Part shown: in pieces, positions 19,263 to 27,581 of the stretch
How positions within the stretch are numbered: the stretch's first letter is position 1
How the letters are laid out: each line of letters begins with the position of its first letter
Origin: Mailhella massiliensis
GTDB lineage: Bacteria; Desulfobacterota; Desulfovibrionia; Desulfovibrionales; Desulfovibrionaceae
Length of the DNA stretch: 42,212 nucleotides
Direction of reading: 5' to 3'
Assembly (NCBI RefSeq): GCF_020741395.1
Contig: NZ_DYZA01000200.1
Span: forward strand, 1 to 42,212
The notes under the pieces: model-generated
What the model saw: only the letters and a program-made list of their open reading frames with translations
What the model was told of the DNA's origin: nothing
Database searches by the model: none
Made by a program: the position numbers and the translations under genes

Positions 19263-19943
19263 TTACAAAAAAGTGACGGCGAGGCCGTAGAGGATCACGC
19301 TCACGAAGAGCGAGGGCAGCATGTTCAACGTCTTGCAATCTTTGATGCGCAGCATGGACACGCCGGAAACAAGGATGAGTATGCCTCCCACGACGGAGAC
19401 TTCCGTAAGGAGGTCGCGCGGAACAAAGGAGCCGAGCCACAAGCCGAGAAGGTACAACCCTCCCTGCCAGCAGAAAAGCACCGGCGCGGCAAAGGCTATG
19501 CCAAGACCGTAAGTGGAGGCCAGCACCATGGAGGTGACGAAATCCAGCGTGGCATTGGTGAAGAGAAAGGTGTGGTTGTTGTGCACCGCACTTTCTATGG
19601 GGCCGAGGATGGAGAGCGTGCCTATGCAGAAAAGCAGTATGGCCGTGGCGAGGCCGCGCCCCAGGTCGGAACTGCCCATGCGGCGGGCGAAATTCTGGAA
19701 CTTGCCGTCCCAGTCCCACACCGCGCCGAGAAAGCTCCCGAGGGCCATGCTCAGAATAAAGAGCACGGGATACTTGCTGTTCGGCATGTTGGAAACCACG
19801 GCGTTCACGCCTATGGCCACGGCGGAAAAGCCCATGGCGTCGAAAAGCGCAGTCTGATATTTCTCCTTGATGCCCTTGCGAAGCACGCTTCCGAGCACGC
19901 TTCCGCAAAGTATGGCCGCCGTGTTGACTATGGTGCCTATCAT
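19263..19943 (-). CDS. DUF554-family membrane protein
   Basis: MIGTIVNTAAIL start, LFCIGTLSILGP, LDFVTS, LNMLPSL; GGAGG RBS before ATG 19943. Confidence 0.85.
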   Translation of the reverse strand: MIGTIVNTAAILCGSVLGSVLRKGIKEKYQTALFDAMGFSAVAIGVNAVVSNMPNSKYPVLFILSMALGSFLGAVWDWDGKFQNFARRMGSSDLGRGLATAILLFCIGTLSILGPIESAVHNNHTFLFTNATLDFVTSMVLASTYGLGIAFAAPVLFCWQGGLYLLGLWLGSFVPRDLLTEVSVVGGILILVSGVSMLRIKDCKTLNMLPSLFVSVILYGLAVTFL

Positions 19944-20196
19944 GTTTCCTCCGGTCAGGTGTTTCTGCATAGCATAAATCATGCCGGGACGTAAGCCCTC
20001 CCCCCGGGCGCAGACCGGGGCGCGGCATTGCCAGGAAACGAAGCTTTTTGTACAAAAAAAATACGCATCGCCTCTTTTCCCGAAAAAAAAGCATTGACAA
20101 CACGGCAAGGGGCTATGACATTCTTTTCCGCCGCGCCCGCCCGGAAGGCCTGTGCCTGCCCGCCGGACCTCGGCATCTGGAAACAGGAGATTCCCT

Positions 20197-20775
20197 ATGC
20201 GCAAACTTCTCATATCCTGCCTGCTGCTCGCGGCCGCTCTCGTGTTCGGCCCCGCCTGCCAGGCACAAGCCGGAGGAAAAACCATGGTCACGCTTCAGAC
20301 CACCAAGGGCGACATAGTCCTTGAACTCGACGCCGAAAAGGCCCCCAACACCACCAAGAACTTTCTGGAATATGTGAAGTCCGGCTTTTACGACGGCACC
20401 ATCTTCCACCGCGTCATCCCCGGCTTCATGATCCAGGGCGGCGGATTCGACAAGGACATGGTGCAGAAGAGCACCAACGCCCCCATTGAGAACGAAGCCA
20501 ACAACGGCCTGAAGAACGACGTCTACACCATCGCCATGGCCCGCACCCAGGCCCCCCACTCCGCCACGGCGCAGTTCTTCATCAACGTGGCGAACAATTC
20601 CTTCCTCAACTTCACCGCCCCCACCATGCAGGGCTGGGGCTACGCCGTGTTCGGCAAGGTGGTGAAGGGCCAGGACGTGGTGGACGCCATAGCCAAGGTG
20701 CCCACCACCTCCCACTATCCCCATCAGGATGTTCCGGTGGAACCCGTCATCATCAAGAAGGCCGTCATCGACTAG
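20197..20775 (+). CDS. ppiA: Periplasmic cyclophilin-type peptidyl-prolyl isomerase
   Basis: Signal peptide; [45 protein letters not shown]. Confidence 0.93.
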   Translation: MRKLLISCLLLAAALVFGPACQAQAGGKTMVTLQTTKGDIVLELDAEKAPNTTKNFLEYVKSGFYDGTIFHRVIPGFMIQGGGFDKDMVQKSTNAPIENEANNGLKNDVYTIAMARTQAPHSATAQFFINVANNSFLNFTAPTMQGWGYAVFGKVVKGQDVVDAIAKVPTTSHYPHQDVPVEPVIIKKAVID

Positions 20776-20797
20776 GCTTTCCCAAGCCTGAAACGAC

Positions 20798-20829
20798 AAA
20801 GCCCCGGGCTTTCGCCCCGGGGCTTTTTT
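20798..20829 (+). terminator. Intrinsic terminator of ppiA
   Basis: AAAGCCCCGGGC-TTTC-GCCCCGGGGC-TTTTTT. Confidence 0.85.
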
Positions 20830-20992
20830 CGCATCCGGCCGGGGCGCGCTCTCCCCGCCGGGCGGAGACCCGGCAGGAAGGCCCGGCAAAGCGCAGGGAT
20901 TTTCCGGCGGGCGGCTGCGCAGGGCGCGTTTTCTGCCCACCCGCAAGCCCCGCTTTTCCGACCTGCGATGCCGTGAGTCAAAAACTGTGCCG

Positions 20993-21042
20993 GCGATACG
21001 AAAAGGCCCTTCCCGCCATGCGGAAGGGCCTTTTCGTATCGC
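20993..21042 (-). terminator. Perfect 21-bp inverted repeat, likely terminator of the fez operon
   Basis: GCGATACGAAAAGGCCCTTCC-N8-GGAAGGGCCTTTTCGTATCGC, 12 bp past the last fez-cluster stop codon. Confidence 0.7.
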
Positions 21043-21054
21043 AGAAGGCCGGAA

Positions 21055-21363
21055 TCAGCCTTTCTTTCCTTCGTCCTTCCTTTCTTCGGAAGAAGGTTCC
21101 GCCCCGGAGGATTCGCTTCTTCCCGCAGGCGGAGCAAGGAGTACTGCCGCAAAGGTGCGGACGGCCTCCGCCGCCTGCGCGGCGTACCACTTCAGCGGAC
21201 GTGGGAAGAGCAGTACGGCGAAAAGCATGGTCAGCCCCATCAGGGCAAAAGCCTGCACGAGCACGGCGAAGGCCATGCACAAGAGCGCGAGCGCCAGCAC
21301 CGCACAAAGGAGAAGGGCAAGGGAACGGCCCAGACGGACGGACAATTCGCGCATTTTTTCCAT
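21055..21363 (-). CDS. Small hypothetical membrane protein, last gene of the fez cluster (start may be GTG 21375)
   Basis: Long hydrophobic segment (about 40 aa) then a charged tail; starts 5 bp after the fezC stop and is followed by a strong hairpin. Confidence 0.6.
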   Translation of the reverse strand: MEKMRELSVRLGRSLALLLCAVLALALLCMAFAVLVQAFALMGLTMLFAVLLFPRPLKWYAAQAAEAVRTFAAVLLAPPAGRSESSGAEPSSEERKDEGKKG

Positions 21364-21368
21364 GATGC

Positions 21369-21836
21369 TTACCACAGCGTTTTTCTGTGCGCGGCCATGT
21401 GCTGGAGGCTTGCCAGCGCAAAGGCCGCACCGGCGGCGCGGTGCAGGCTCCCCCCGCCGGCAAAGGCCCCGGCCAGGGAAAGCAGGAGGGAAACGAGCAT
21501 GGCGCGGTTCGCAAGGCGCGTGGCGCTGCGGGAAAGCACCATAGCCATCAGTTCAGAGGCGGGCCCCCGGGCCCTGCCGCGGCCCTTTTCCTCCTCCGGC
21601 AGCAGGGCCGCACCCTGCCTCGCCAGCTCCAGGAGCGTTTCCCGGCTCAGTTTTTCCGCATCGTAGAAGATGAGAAGGGAACCGGTCAAGGGGTTGGCGC
21701 GCACGCTCTCCACGCCGTCCACGCCTCCCAGCAAGGCGGTGACCATGTCCGCCGTGGAAGGGTCTTTCAGAGCTTCGTGACGAAGGCGCACGCGGCCGTC
21801 GATGAAACTTGTGATGCAGTCGGTGATGGAAACCAT
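21369..21836 (-). CDS. fezC: FezC-like protein (Cys-free HMA2-like domain + C-terminal His-containing TM segment)
   Basis: GRVRLR and ANPLTGSLL motifs; C-terminal hydrophobic helices with His; 1 bp after the P-type ATPase stop. Confidence 0.75.
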   Translation of the reverse strand: MVSITDCITSFIDGRVRLRHEALKDPSTADMVTALLGGVDGVESVRANPLTGSLLIFYDAEKLSRETLLELARQGAALLPEEEKGRGRARGPASELMAMVLSRSATRLANRAMLVSLLLSLAGAFAGGGSLHRAAGAAFALASLQHMAAHRKTLW

Positions 21837-21837
21837 A

Positions 21838-23904
21838 TCATTCCCCTCCGGGCAGGGCCGGGCGCATGGCGTTGAGCGACACGCCCAGCGTGGTGAGATT
21901 ATGAAGTACCGCCGAGACCCCCGGCCTGAGCAGGCCGAAAAGGCCTCCGAGAAGGAAGGCGGAATTCAGGGCCATGGTGGCTGCAAAATTGATATGGATA
22001 CGGTTCATGGCTCCCCTGCCGAGCTGAAGAGCCGTGACCAGCTCCCACAGGGATCCGCCCATAAGCACTACGTCGGCCACCTCGCGGGCGAGATCCGCCC
22101 CGTCGCGCAGCGTGACGCCCACATCGGCGGAGGAAAGAGCCGGGGAGTCGTTGATGCCGTCTCCGAGCATGAGCACTGTACGGCCCGAGGCCTTGAGCTC
22201 CTGCACCACGCGGGCCTTGTCTTCCGGCAGCACCTGGGCGCGGAATTCCGTGATGCCGAGCCGCGCCGCCACCGCGGAGGCGGTGCGCCCGTCGTCGCCG
22301 GTAAGCATGAGCACATGACCTATCCCCATGTCGCTCAGGCGCCGGATGAGTTCCGGACTTTCCGGCCGGAGAGGGTCTTCCATGGCGATGATGCCCGCCG
22401 CCTTTCCGTCCACGGCAAGATAGAGCAGAGAGTACCCCTCGCGGGACAGAGCCCCCATATGCTCTTCCATGGGAGAAAGATCCACATGCTCATCCTGGGA
22501 AATATAATGACGGCTGCCCAGAAGCACGCGCTTTCCCTTCCACAGGGAAGCGATGCCGTGAGCCACCACATATTCCACTTCCGTGTGTTCCTCGGCATGG
22601 CGCAGGCCGCGTTTCTCCGCACCGTGCACCACGGCGCGAGCCACGGGATGGGGGAAATGCTCCTCCAGGCAGGCAGAGAGGCGGAGTACCTCGTCTTCGT
22701 CGAAGCCCTCGGCGGGAACAACACGGGCCACCTCAGGCCGCGACTGGGTAAGTGTACCCGTCTTATCGAAAACCACGGTATCCACGGAAGCAAGAGCCTC
22801 CAGGAAACGCCCGCCCTTGACCATGACCTTATGCTTCACCCCCTCATTCATGGCCGCGAGTATGGCAAGGGGCGTGGCGAGGCGCAGGGCGCAGGAATAA
22901 TCCACCAGGAGCACGGAAGCCGCGCGCGTAAGGCTGCGCGTGAAAAGCCAGACCAGGCCAGCCAGGGCGAAGGTGAAGGGCACGGCCCTGTCGGCCAGTT
23001 TCTCAAAACGCCCCTGTATGCCCGCCTTCATCTGCTCGGTAGTTTCGATGAAGCGCACGATCTGCTGCATGCGGGTATCCTTGCCGATGCTGGTGGGGCG
23101 CACGAAGATCTCCCCGTCCTCCACCACGGTACCCGCGTACACGGAAGCCCCCTCCCCGCGCATGACGGCCAGAGGCTCCCCAGTCATGGAGGATTCGTTC
23201 ACCGAAGCCGTACCCCGGGCCACCACGCCGTCTACAGGCACTGCGGAGCCGGCACGCACGGCCACAAGATCAGTCTCCTTGAGGTCGGAAAAGGGAATGA
23301 GCATCTCCTCCCCGTCGCGCAGCACCCACACTCTGTCCGCCTGCAGCGCCAGATGGGAGGCCAGATTCTCCAAGGATTTCTTCTGCGTGTAGCGCTCCAG
23401 CGCGTCGCCGAAGCCGAGAAGGAGCGTAAGCAGGCCCACGGTACGGAAATCGCGCCTGAGCAGGGAAACGGCTATGGCCGCACCATCCAGTGCATCCACA
23501 TCCAGCCGCCTCTGCGACAGGGAGGAGACGCAACGACGCAGATACGGCAGCGCGTGGGAAATGGCCGTGACCATATTCACGGCCACAGGCAGAAGCGGAC
23601 GCAGGAAAAGGTAGCGGAAAAAGGGAAAGAGGCTGGGCCCCCCCTCCACCCTGCCCACGTCCCTGGATACAGGCTTTTCCGCCCCGCAGACGGCTCCATT
23701 CAGAAAAAGACAGGCACGGGAAAGTGCGCCCTCGTCGCTGTAGAGAAGGAGGACACTTCCGGTATGCGGGTTCACACGCACGCCCTCCACCCCGGCAACA
23801 GCCTCCAGCCCGTCTGCCAGGGCCTCGGCCGTGCGCAGCCCGAAGCGCGCTTCACTGCGCAGGCGGGCACGCCCCGGAATACGATGGACTAAAACAAAAT
23901 TCAT
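21838..23904 (-). CDS. fezB: Ferrosome-type P1B-6 heavy-metal (Fe) P-type ATPase
   Basis: N-terminal HRIPGRARLR; TGE; TM motif DYSCA; DKTGT; HP; GDGINDSP; HNLTT (HNxxT); start moved to ATG 23904. Confidence 0.88.
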   Translation of the reverse strand: MNFVLVHRIPGRARLRSEARFGLRTAEALADGLEAVAGVEGVRVNPHTGSVLLLYSDEGALSRACLFLNGAVCGAEKPVSRDVGRVEGGPSLFPFFRYLFLRPLLPVAVNMVTAISHALPYLRRCVSSLSQRRLDVDALDGAAIAVSLLRRDFRTVGLLTLLLGFGDALERYTQKKSLENLASHLALQADRVWVLRDGEEMLIPFSDLKETDLVAVRAGSAVPVDGVVARGTASVNESSMTGEPLAVMRGEGASVYAGTVVEDGEIFVRPTSIGKDTRMQQIVRFIETTEQMKAGIQGRFEKLADRAVPFTFALAGLVWLFTRSLTRAASVLLVDYSCALRLATPLAILAAMNEGVKHKVMVKGGRFLEALASVDTVVFDKTGTLTQSRPEVARVVPAEGFDEDEVLRLSACLEEHFPHPVARAVVHGAEKRGLRHAEEHTEVEYVVAHGIASLWKGKRVLLGSRHYISQDEHVDLSPMEEHMGALSREGYSLLYLAVDGKAAGIIAMEDPLRPESPELIRRLSDMGIGHVLMLTGDDGRTASAVAARLGITEFRAQVLPEDKARVVQELKASGRTVLMLGDGINDSPALSSADVGVTLRDGADLAREVADVVLMGGSLWELVTALQLGRGAMNRIHINFAATMALNSAFLLGGLFGLLRPGVSAVLHNLTTLGVSLNAMRPALPGGE

Positions 23905-24043
23905 GCATTTCTCTCCCGGAGGGCCGGACATGGCTTCCGGCCGAAAGTTCCGGCCGCGCCTATGCCCGGCCTTCGGCAGCCCCCGGAAGCATGGCTTGAA
24001 CCGGAAGCAACGCCCTTGCGGCAGGGAGGCCGACGGCCGCCCC

Positions 24044-24088
24044 AACAAAAAGAACGGCCCGGCCTTTCCGTATGGACAAGCCGGGCCG
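24044..24088 (-). terminator. Terminator-like hairpin between fezA and fezB
   Basis: Minus strand CGGCCCGGCTTGTCC-ATAC-GGAAAGGCCGGGCCG-TTCTTTTT. Confidence 0.6.
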
Positions 24089-24109
24089 GACAAGCCTTCC
24101 GGCAAAACT

Positions 24110-24358
24110 CTACACTTCCCCGGCCTTCGCCTTGCGCTGTTCGGAAACGGCGTGGGCTTCGGCCACCATGTCTTCCATGTTTTCGCGTACAGTTTCAGCC
24201 TTGGCAAGAAGCGCATCCTTCGCGTCCAGCCCCCGACTCATAAGTTCGGTGGCAAAGGGCCTGAGGTCAAGCTTGCCGCGGCTCACCGCCACAGCACCCA
24301 CGGCGCCGAGCGCCACTCCACCCAGAAAGAACAAACCATATTTGAGATTCTCGTTCAT
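24110..24358 (-). CDS. fezA: FezA-like small membrane protein (82 aa, GxxxG N-terminal helix)
   Basis: FFLGGVALGAVGAVA hydrophobic GxxxG segment then amphipathic helix ending EDMVAEA; GAGGAG RBS; first gene after the Fur-boxed promoter. Confidence 0.78.
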   Translation of the reverse strand: MNENLKYGLFFLGGVALGAVGAVAVSRGKLDLRPFATELMSRGLDAKDALLAKAETVRENMEDMVAEAHAVSEQRKAKAGEV

Positions 24359-24432
24359 TCTGCATCTCCTCTTTCGCGTGATTTCCATCGACTACGGCAC
24401 GAGCCGCCTTCTTGCTGTTCAAGAACAAAGGA

Positions 24433-24461
24433 AATATATTGAAACAGAATTTCAATGTCAA
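24433..24461 (-). promoter_or_regulatory. sigma70 promoter with overlapping Fur box for fezABC
   Basis: Minus strand TTGACA-N17-TATATT; palindrome ATTGAAA-CAGAA-TTTCAAT at 24438-24456. Confidence 0.85.
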
Positions 24462-24947
24462 CTATAAAAACGAAGATTCCGCGTTCTTTCCCGCTATGCG
24501 CAGGAAACGCTCGGCCAGCACGGCGGGGGCGACGAAGGCTCGCGAACTTTCGGAGGAGGCAAGACTGCCCTCCTCCCTCATGGGTTCGCTCGCGCAGGCC
24601 TGGGCCAGCTGGGCTTCAAATGCCTCGCGCAGGGCAGCGAAGGAGGCTTCCACTTCCGGATAGGAGTTATCGGCTCGCCAAGGCAGACGCAGGGTCTGCG
24701 GCCAGCTCCTGCCCCGATGAGAAGGTGTTTCCAGCTCATAACACGAGGCGGGGCATGGGGCTTCCGCCCTCTCCATCTCCCCGGGATAACAGTATTCCCG
24801 CCAGGACTCCTCCGGTTCGGGGATGGAGGAGCGCACGCGAAGGGGCGGCATGGCCAACGCCTTTTCATGATCCTCCAAAGTGACGCTGTAGGTGAGCAGG
24901 GGGCGGAGATTGCCTCTTTTCTTGGTGATGTTCCATGCTATGCGCAT
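24462..24947 (-). CDS. Hypothetical soluble protein (161 aa), third gene of the Fur-boxed AAA/VWA operon
   Basis: GGGAGG RBS before ATG 24947 (MRIAWNITKKRGNLRP..); globular composition; no family recognised. Confidence 0.75.
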   Translation of the reverse strand: MRIAWNITKKRGNLRPLLTYSVTLEDHEKALAMPPLRVRSSIPEPEESWREYCYPGEMERAEAPCPASCYELETPSHRGRSWPQTLRLPWRADNSYPEVEASFAALREAFEAQLAQACASEPMREEGSLASSESSRAFVAPAVLAERFLRIAGKNAESSFL

Positions 24948-25039
24948 ATTCCCTCCCGGGAACGGATGGGCGGACGAAAAGCGGCCCCTGGGACCTGGCA
25001 GGAGGAAAACGGCTCCCTTACCCTTTCGCCCGCATGGTT

Positions 25040-26410
25040 TCAGCCCTCCGGCCCGCCTTCCGCAGGTATGACGACGATATCCCCGAAGGGCGGACGTACC
25101 TTCGGTTCTGCCGGACATACCCAGAGCACGGGGTAAGGGGGCTCCTCGGGGAAGCGGTCGCACTCAAGGTCGGTGAACCACAGAAGGCAGGCAGGGGAAA
25201 GGCCCATAGCCTCCACCTCCTCCGGTACGGGGCGGTAATCGGTGCCCCCGCCGCCCACAGGTACGGGCGTAAAAGGCATGTCCTGCCTTGTATATACGGC
25301 GTACCCGCCGACCTTCACGTCGTGATAAAGCACGAAAAGCGTAGTGTCGAAATCGGAAAGCATGCCGGAAAGCTCCGCGCAGAAGCGGGAAAGAAGGTGT
25401 GCGTCCACGGAACCGGAGGCATCCACGGCAAGTGCCACGGACGCAAGGCGAGCCTCCCTGCGCGAAGGCAGGTACAGCCCCGTGTGCACATGCCGCCTGT
25501 CGGGCTGTGTCCAGGTATAATCGTTGTCCGAGCACTGCTCCATGAAACGGGAAAGAATTTCGCGCCAGGAAAGCAAAGGCCGTACCCTCTCCTTTACCAG
25601 CCTGGCAAGGGAAGCTGGCATGTCGCCCATGCGAAGCGCCTCCCTCGAGGCCTGCACCAGGGCCATGTCCGCTTCCTGTTCGGCCTTTTCCCGCGCAGCA
25701 TCGCCCATCCCATCCCCAAGAAGCGGATGGTCGCGCACCTCCCCTGAAAAGGGCTTTTCCGTATCGCGCTCGCGGCCCTTCGGCTTCTTTCCGGCTGCGG
25801 CCCCCTTTTCCCCCAACGCGCCGCGTCCCTTTTCCCCGGCCCGGGGAGAGGCTGAAGCCTTATCGTTCTCACGCCCTTTCTCCCCGCCAAGGCCCGCACT
25901 CCCTTCGGCTGCAAGAGAGACTTCCTCCCCCTCTTCCGATATGCCCTTCATCCTGTGGGAGGGGCCGTCCTGAAGGCGGGCAAGCCACGAATAAATCTCG
26001 TCCGCGCTTCGGTCCGCATATTCCGGACGAAACGCAGCTCCTTCCGGCAGAGAAAAGCCCGCGTCCAGCAAAACGGCATTCACCACATAATCGCAGGCCC
26101 TGTTCCACAGGCGCTCATCGCGCTCCCTGCGTCGTACATGATGGCCGAGGGCTATGTGCAGCACCTCATGGGCCAGAGAGGAAATCAGCGTTTTTTCCGA
26201 AACCGAGGCCGCGTACACGGGATTGCAGGCCAGAGTACGGCCGTCGGCCCAGAGGTCGGCACAGGTTCCGTCGCAGTAAAGGCGCATACGCAGCGCTATG
26301 GAGCCGAAAAAAGGATGTTCCAGAACCAGCGCGGAGCGGGCCTTCTCCAGCGCCTTCAGGGCAGCTTTTTCCATCTGTTCCGCCGGGGATGCGGCTTCGG
26401 GCGCACTCAC
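25040..26410 (-). CDS. HExxH metallopeptidase-like + VWA domain protein (DUF2201 type)
   Basis: LAHEVLHIALGH zinc motif, WNRACDYVVN, low-complexity linker, MIDAS DASGS..GGGTD..FTD; GTGA overlap with the AAA stop. Confidence 0.88.
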   Translation of the reverse strand: MSAPEAASPAEQMEKAALKALEKARSALVLEHPFFGSIALRMRLYCDGTCADLWADGRTLACNPVYAASVSEKTLISSLAHEVLHIALGHHVRRRERDERLWNRACDYVVNAVLLDAGFSLPEGAAFRPEYADRSADEIYSWLARLQDGPSHRMKGISEEGEEVSLAAEGSAGLGGEKGRENDKASASPRAGEKGRGALGEKGAAAGKKPKGRERDTEKPFSGEVRDHPLLGDGMGDAAREKAEQEADMALVQASREALRMGDMPASLARLVKERVRPLLSWREILSRFMEQCSDNDYTWTQPDRRHVHTGLYLPSRREARLASVALAVDASGSVDAHLLSRFCAELSGMLSDFDTTLFVLYHDVKVGGYAVYTRQDMPFTPVPVGGGGTDYRPVPEEVEAMGLSPACLLWFTDLECDRFPEEPPYPVLWVCPAEPKVRPPFGDIVVIPAEGGPEG

Positions 26411-27399
26411 AGCAAAACGTCCGCGTGTTTCTGAGCCCACGAAGCAAAGGCCGGGCTTTCCACAAGACCCTGATCCCTGCATACCCCCCGTCGCAGGCAC
26501 AAGACGCCGAATTCCACGGGCAGCCGCTCAAGATAGGCAAGGACGCGGGCCAGGTTCTCCCGGGAAAGAAAGGACGCAAGGGCCTCGCTTACGGCATAGA
26601 GAGCCGCGGGCTCCCCGGGTACCTTCGCCGTTTCCGGGGCGGAAAGCACCTCCTCCACCGAAGGCAGCTCGCGCCACACGGCAAGAAAGCCCATGAATTC
26701 CGCAGCCGCACCGTCGCCCACGGCGCCGCGCACAAGGTCGTATTCCACGGCACGCTCCGGTCCGGCCTTCAGAATGTCGGACACAAAGGACCACGAACGC
26801 GGCGACGCAAAGGCACGCGCGGAGGACTGAGGGTCGAAATCGTGCAGAAGCGCAGGCCGGAAGCGCAGAAACGCCGTGACTTCCGGCCGTATCCCCGCCT
26901 GTGCGGCCCACTCCAGCCAGTCGTCGAGGCTTACGTCGAATTCCAGATGCACCATACGGTTGGAAAGCGCACTGGGCATGCGGTGCGTCACGGCCCTGTC
27001 CTTTTCACGGTTGCCCGCAGCCACCACCACCCAGCCTTCAGGCAGCACATATTCACCGATGCGGCCGTCGAGGATAAGCTGATAGCAGGCGGCCTGCACC
27101 AAGGGCGGAGCTGCGTTCAGCTCGTCAAGAAAGAGTATGCCCTTTTGCCCGCTGCGCGCATCGGGCAAAAAAGAAGGCGGGCACCACTCGGTTTCTCCTG
27201 CAGCCGTGATGCGGGGTATTCCCCTCAGATCCACAGGATCGAGCAGCACGGCGCGTATGTCACGCAGTTCATAGCCCAGAGAACGGGCCACCCCGGCCAC
27301 CACCTCGCTTTTGCCCACTCCGGGAGCACCCCAGAGAAATACGGGCCTACGTATGGAAAGAAGCGTTTTCAAAGAAGAAATAATGTGCGAAGGTCTCAT
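26407..27399 (-). CDS. MoxR-like/dynein-related AAA+ ATPase
   Basis: Walker A GAPGVGKS, DLRGIP, Walker B ILFLDE, sensor I AAGN, R-finger ALSNR, sensor II SPRSW. Confidence 0.9.
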   Translation of the reverse strand: MRPSHIISSLKTLLSIRRPVFLWGAPGVGKSEVVAGVARSLGYELRDIRAVLLDPVDLRGIPRITAAGETEWCPPSFLPDARSGQKGILFLDELNAAPPLVQAACYQLILDGRIGEYVLPEGWVVVAAGNREKDRAVTHRMPSALSNRMVHLEFDVSLDDWLEWAAQAGIRPEVTAFLRFRPALLHDFDPQSSARAFASPRSWSFVSDILKAGPERAVEYDLVRGAVGDGAAAEFMGFLAVWRELPSVEEVLSAPETAKVPGEPAALYAVSEALASFLSRENLARVLAYLERLPVEFGVLCLRRGVCRDQGLVESPAFASWAQKHADVLL

Positions 27400-27581
27400 G
27401 GCGCAGAAAGGCTCCTCAGGAAAAAGAATGTTTCTCCAGGCAAAAAAAGTGCTGCAATGGGCCAGCCCTCATGACGGCGGGCCCGGGGGCAGAAAAGGCA
27501 TGGTCAAACAAGCCGGACTCGTCGAAAAAGCCGGGGGCATATCCCCGTCCAGAGGAAAGCGAAGCGGCAACAGTTTTTCTT

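Noticed and set aside
21802..23892. 696-aa plus-strand ORF
   Set aside because: Antisense shadow of the fezB ATPase. High-GC codon bias removes stops on the opposite strand, and it has no domain motifs.
23905..24216. 104-aa N-terminal extension of the P-type ATPase in the ORF track
   Set aside because: Overlaps fezA and crosses a terminator-like hairpin; a good RBS and the family N-terminus support ATG 23904.
24462..27399. AAA/VWA operon as an anti-phage system or prophage remnant
   Set aside because: No nuclease, integrase or phage genes and no obvious compositional shift; the Fur-box promoter argues for iron physiology. Not formally excluded.
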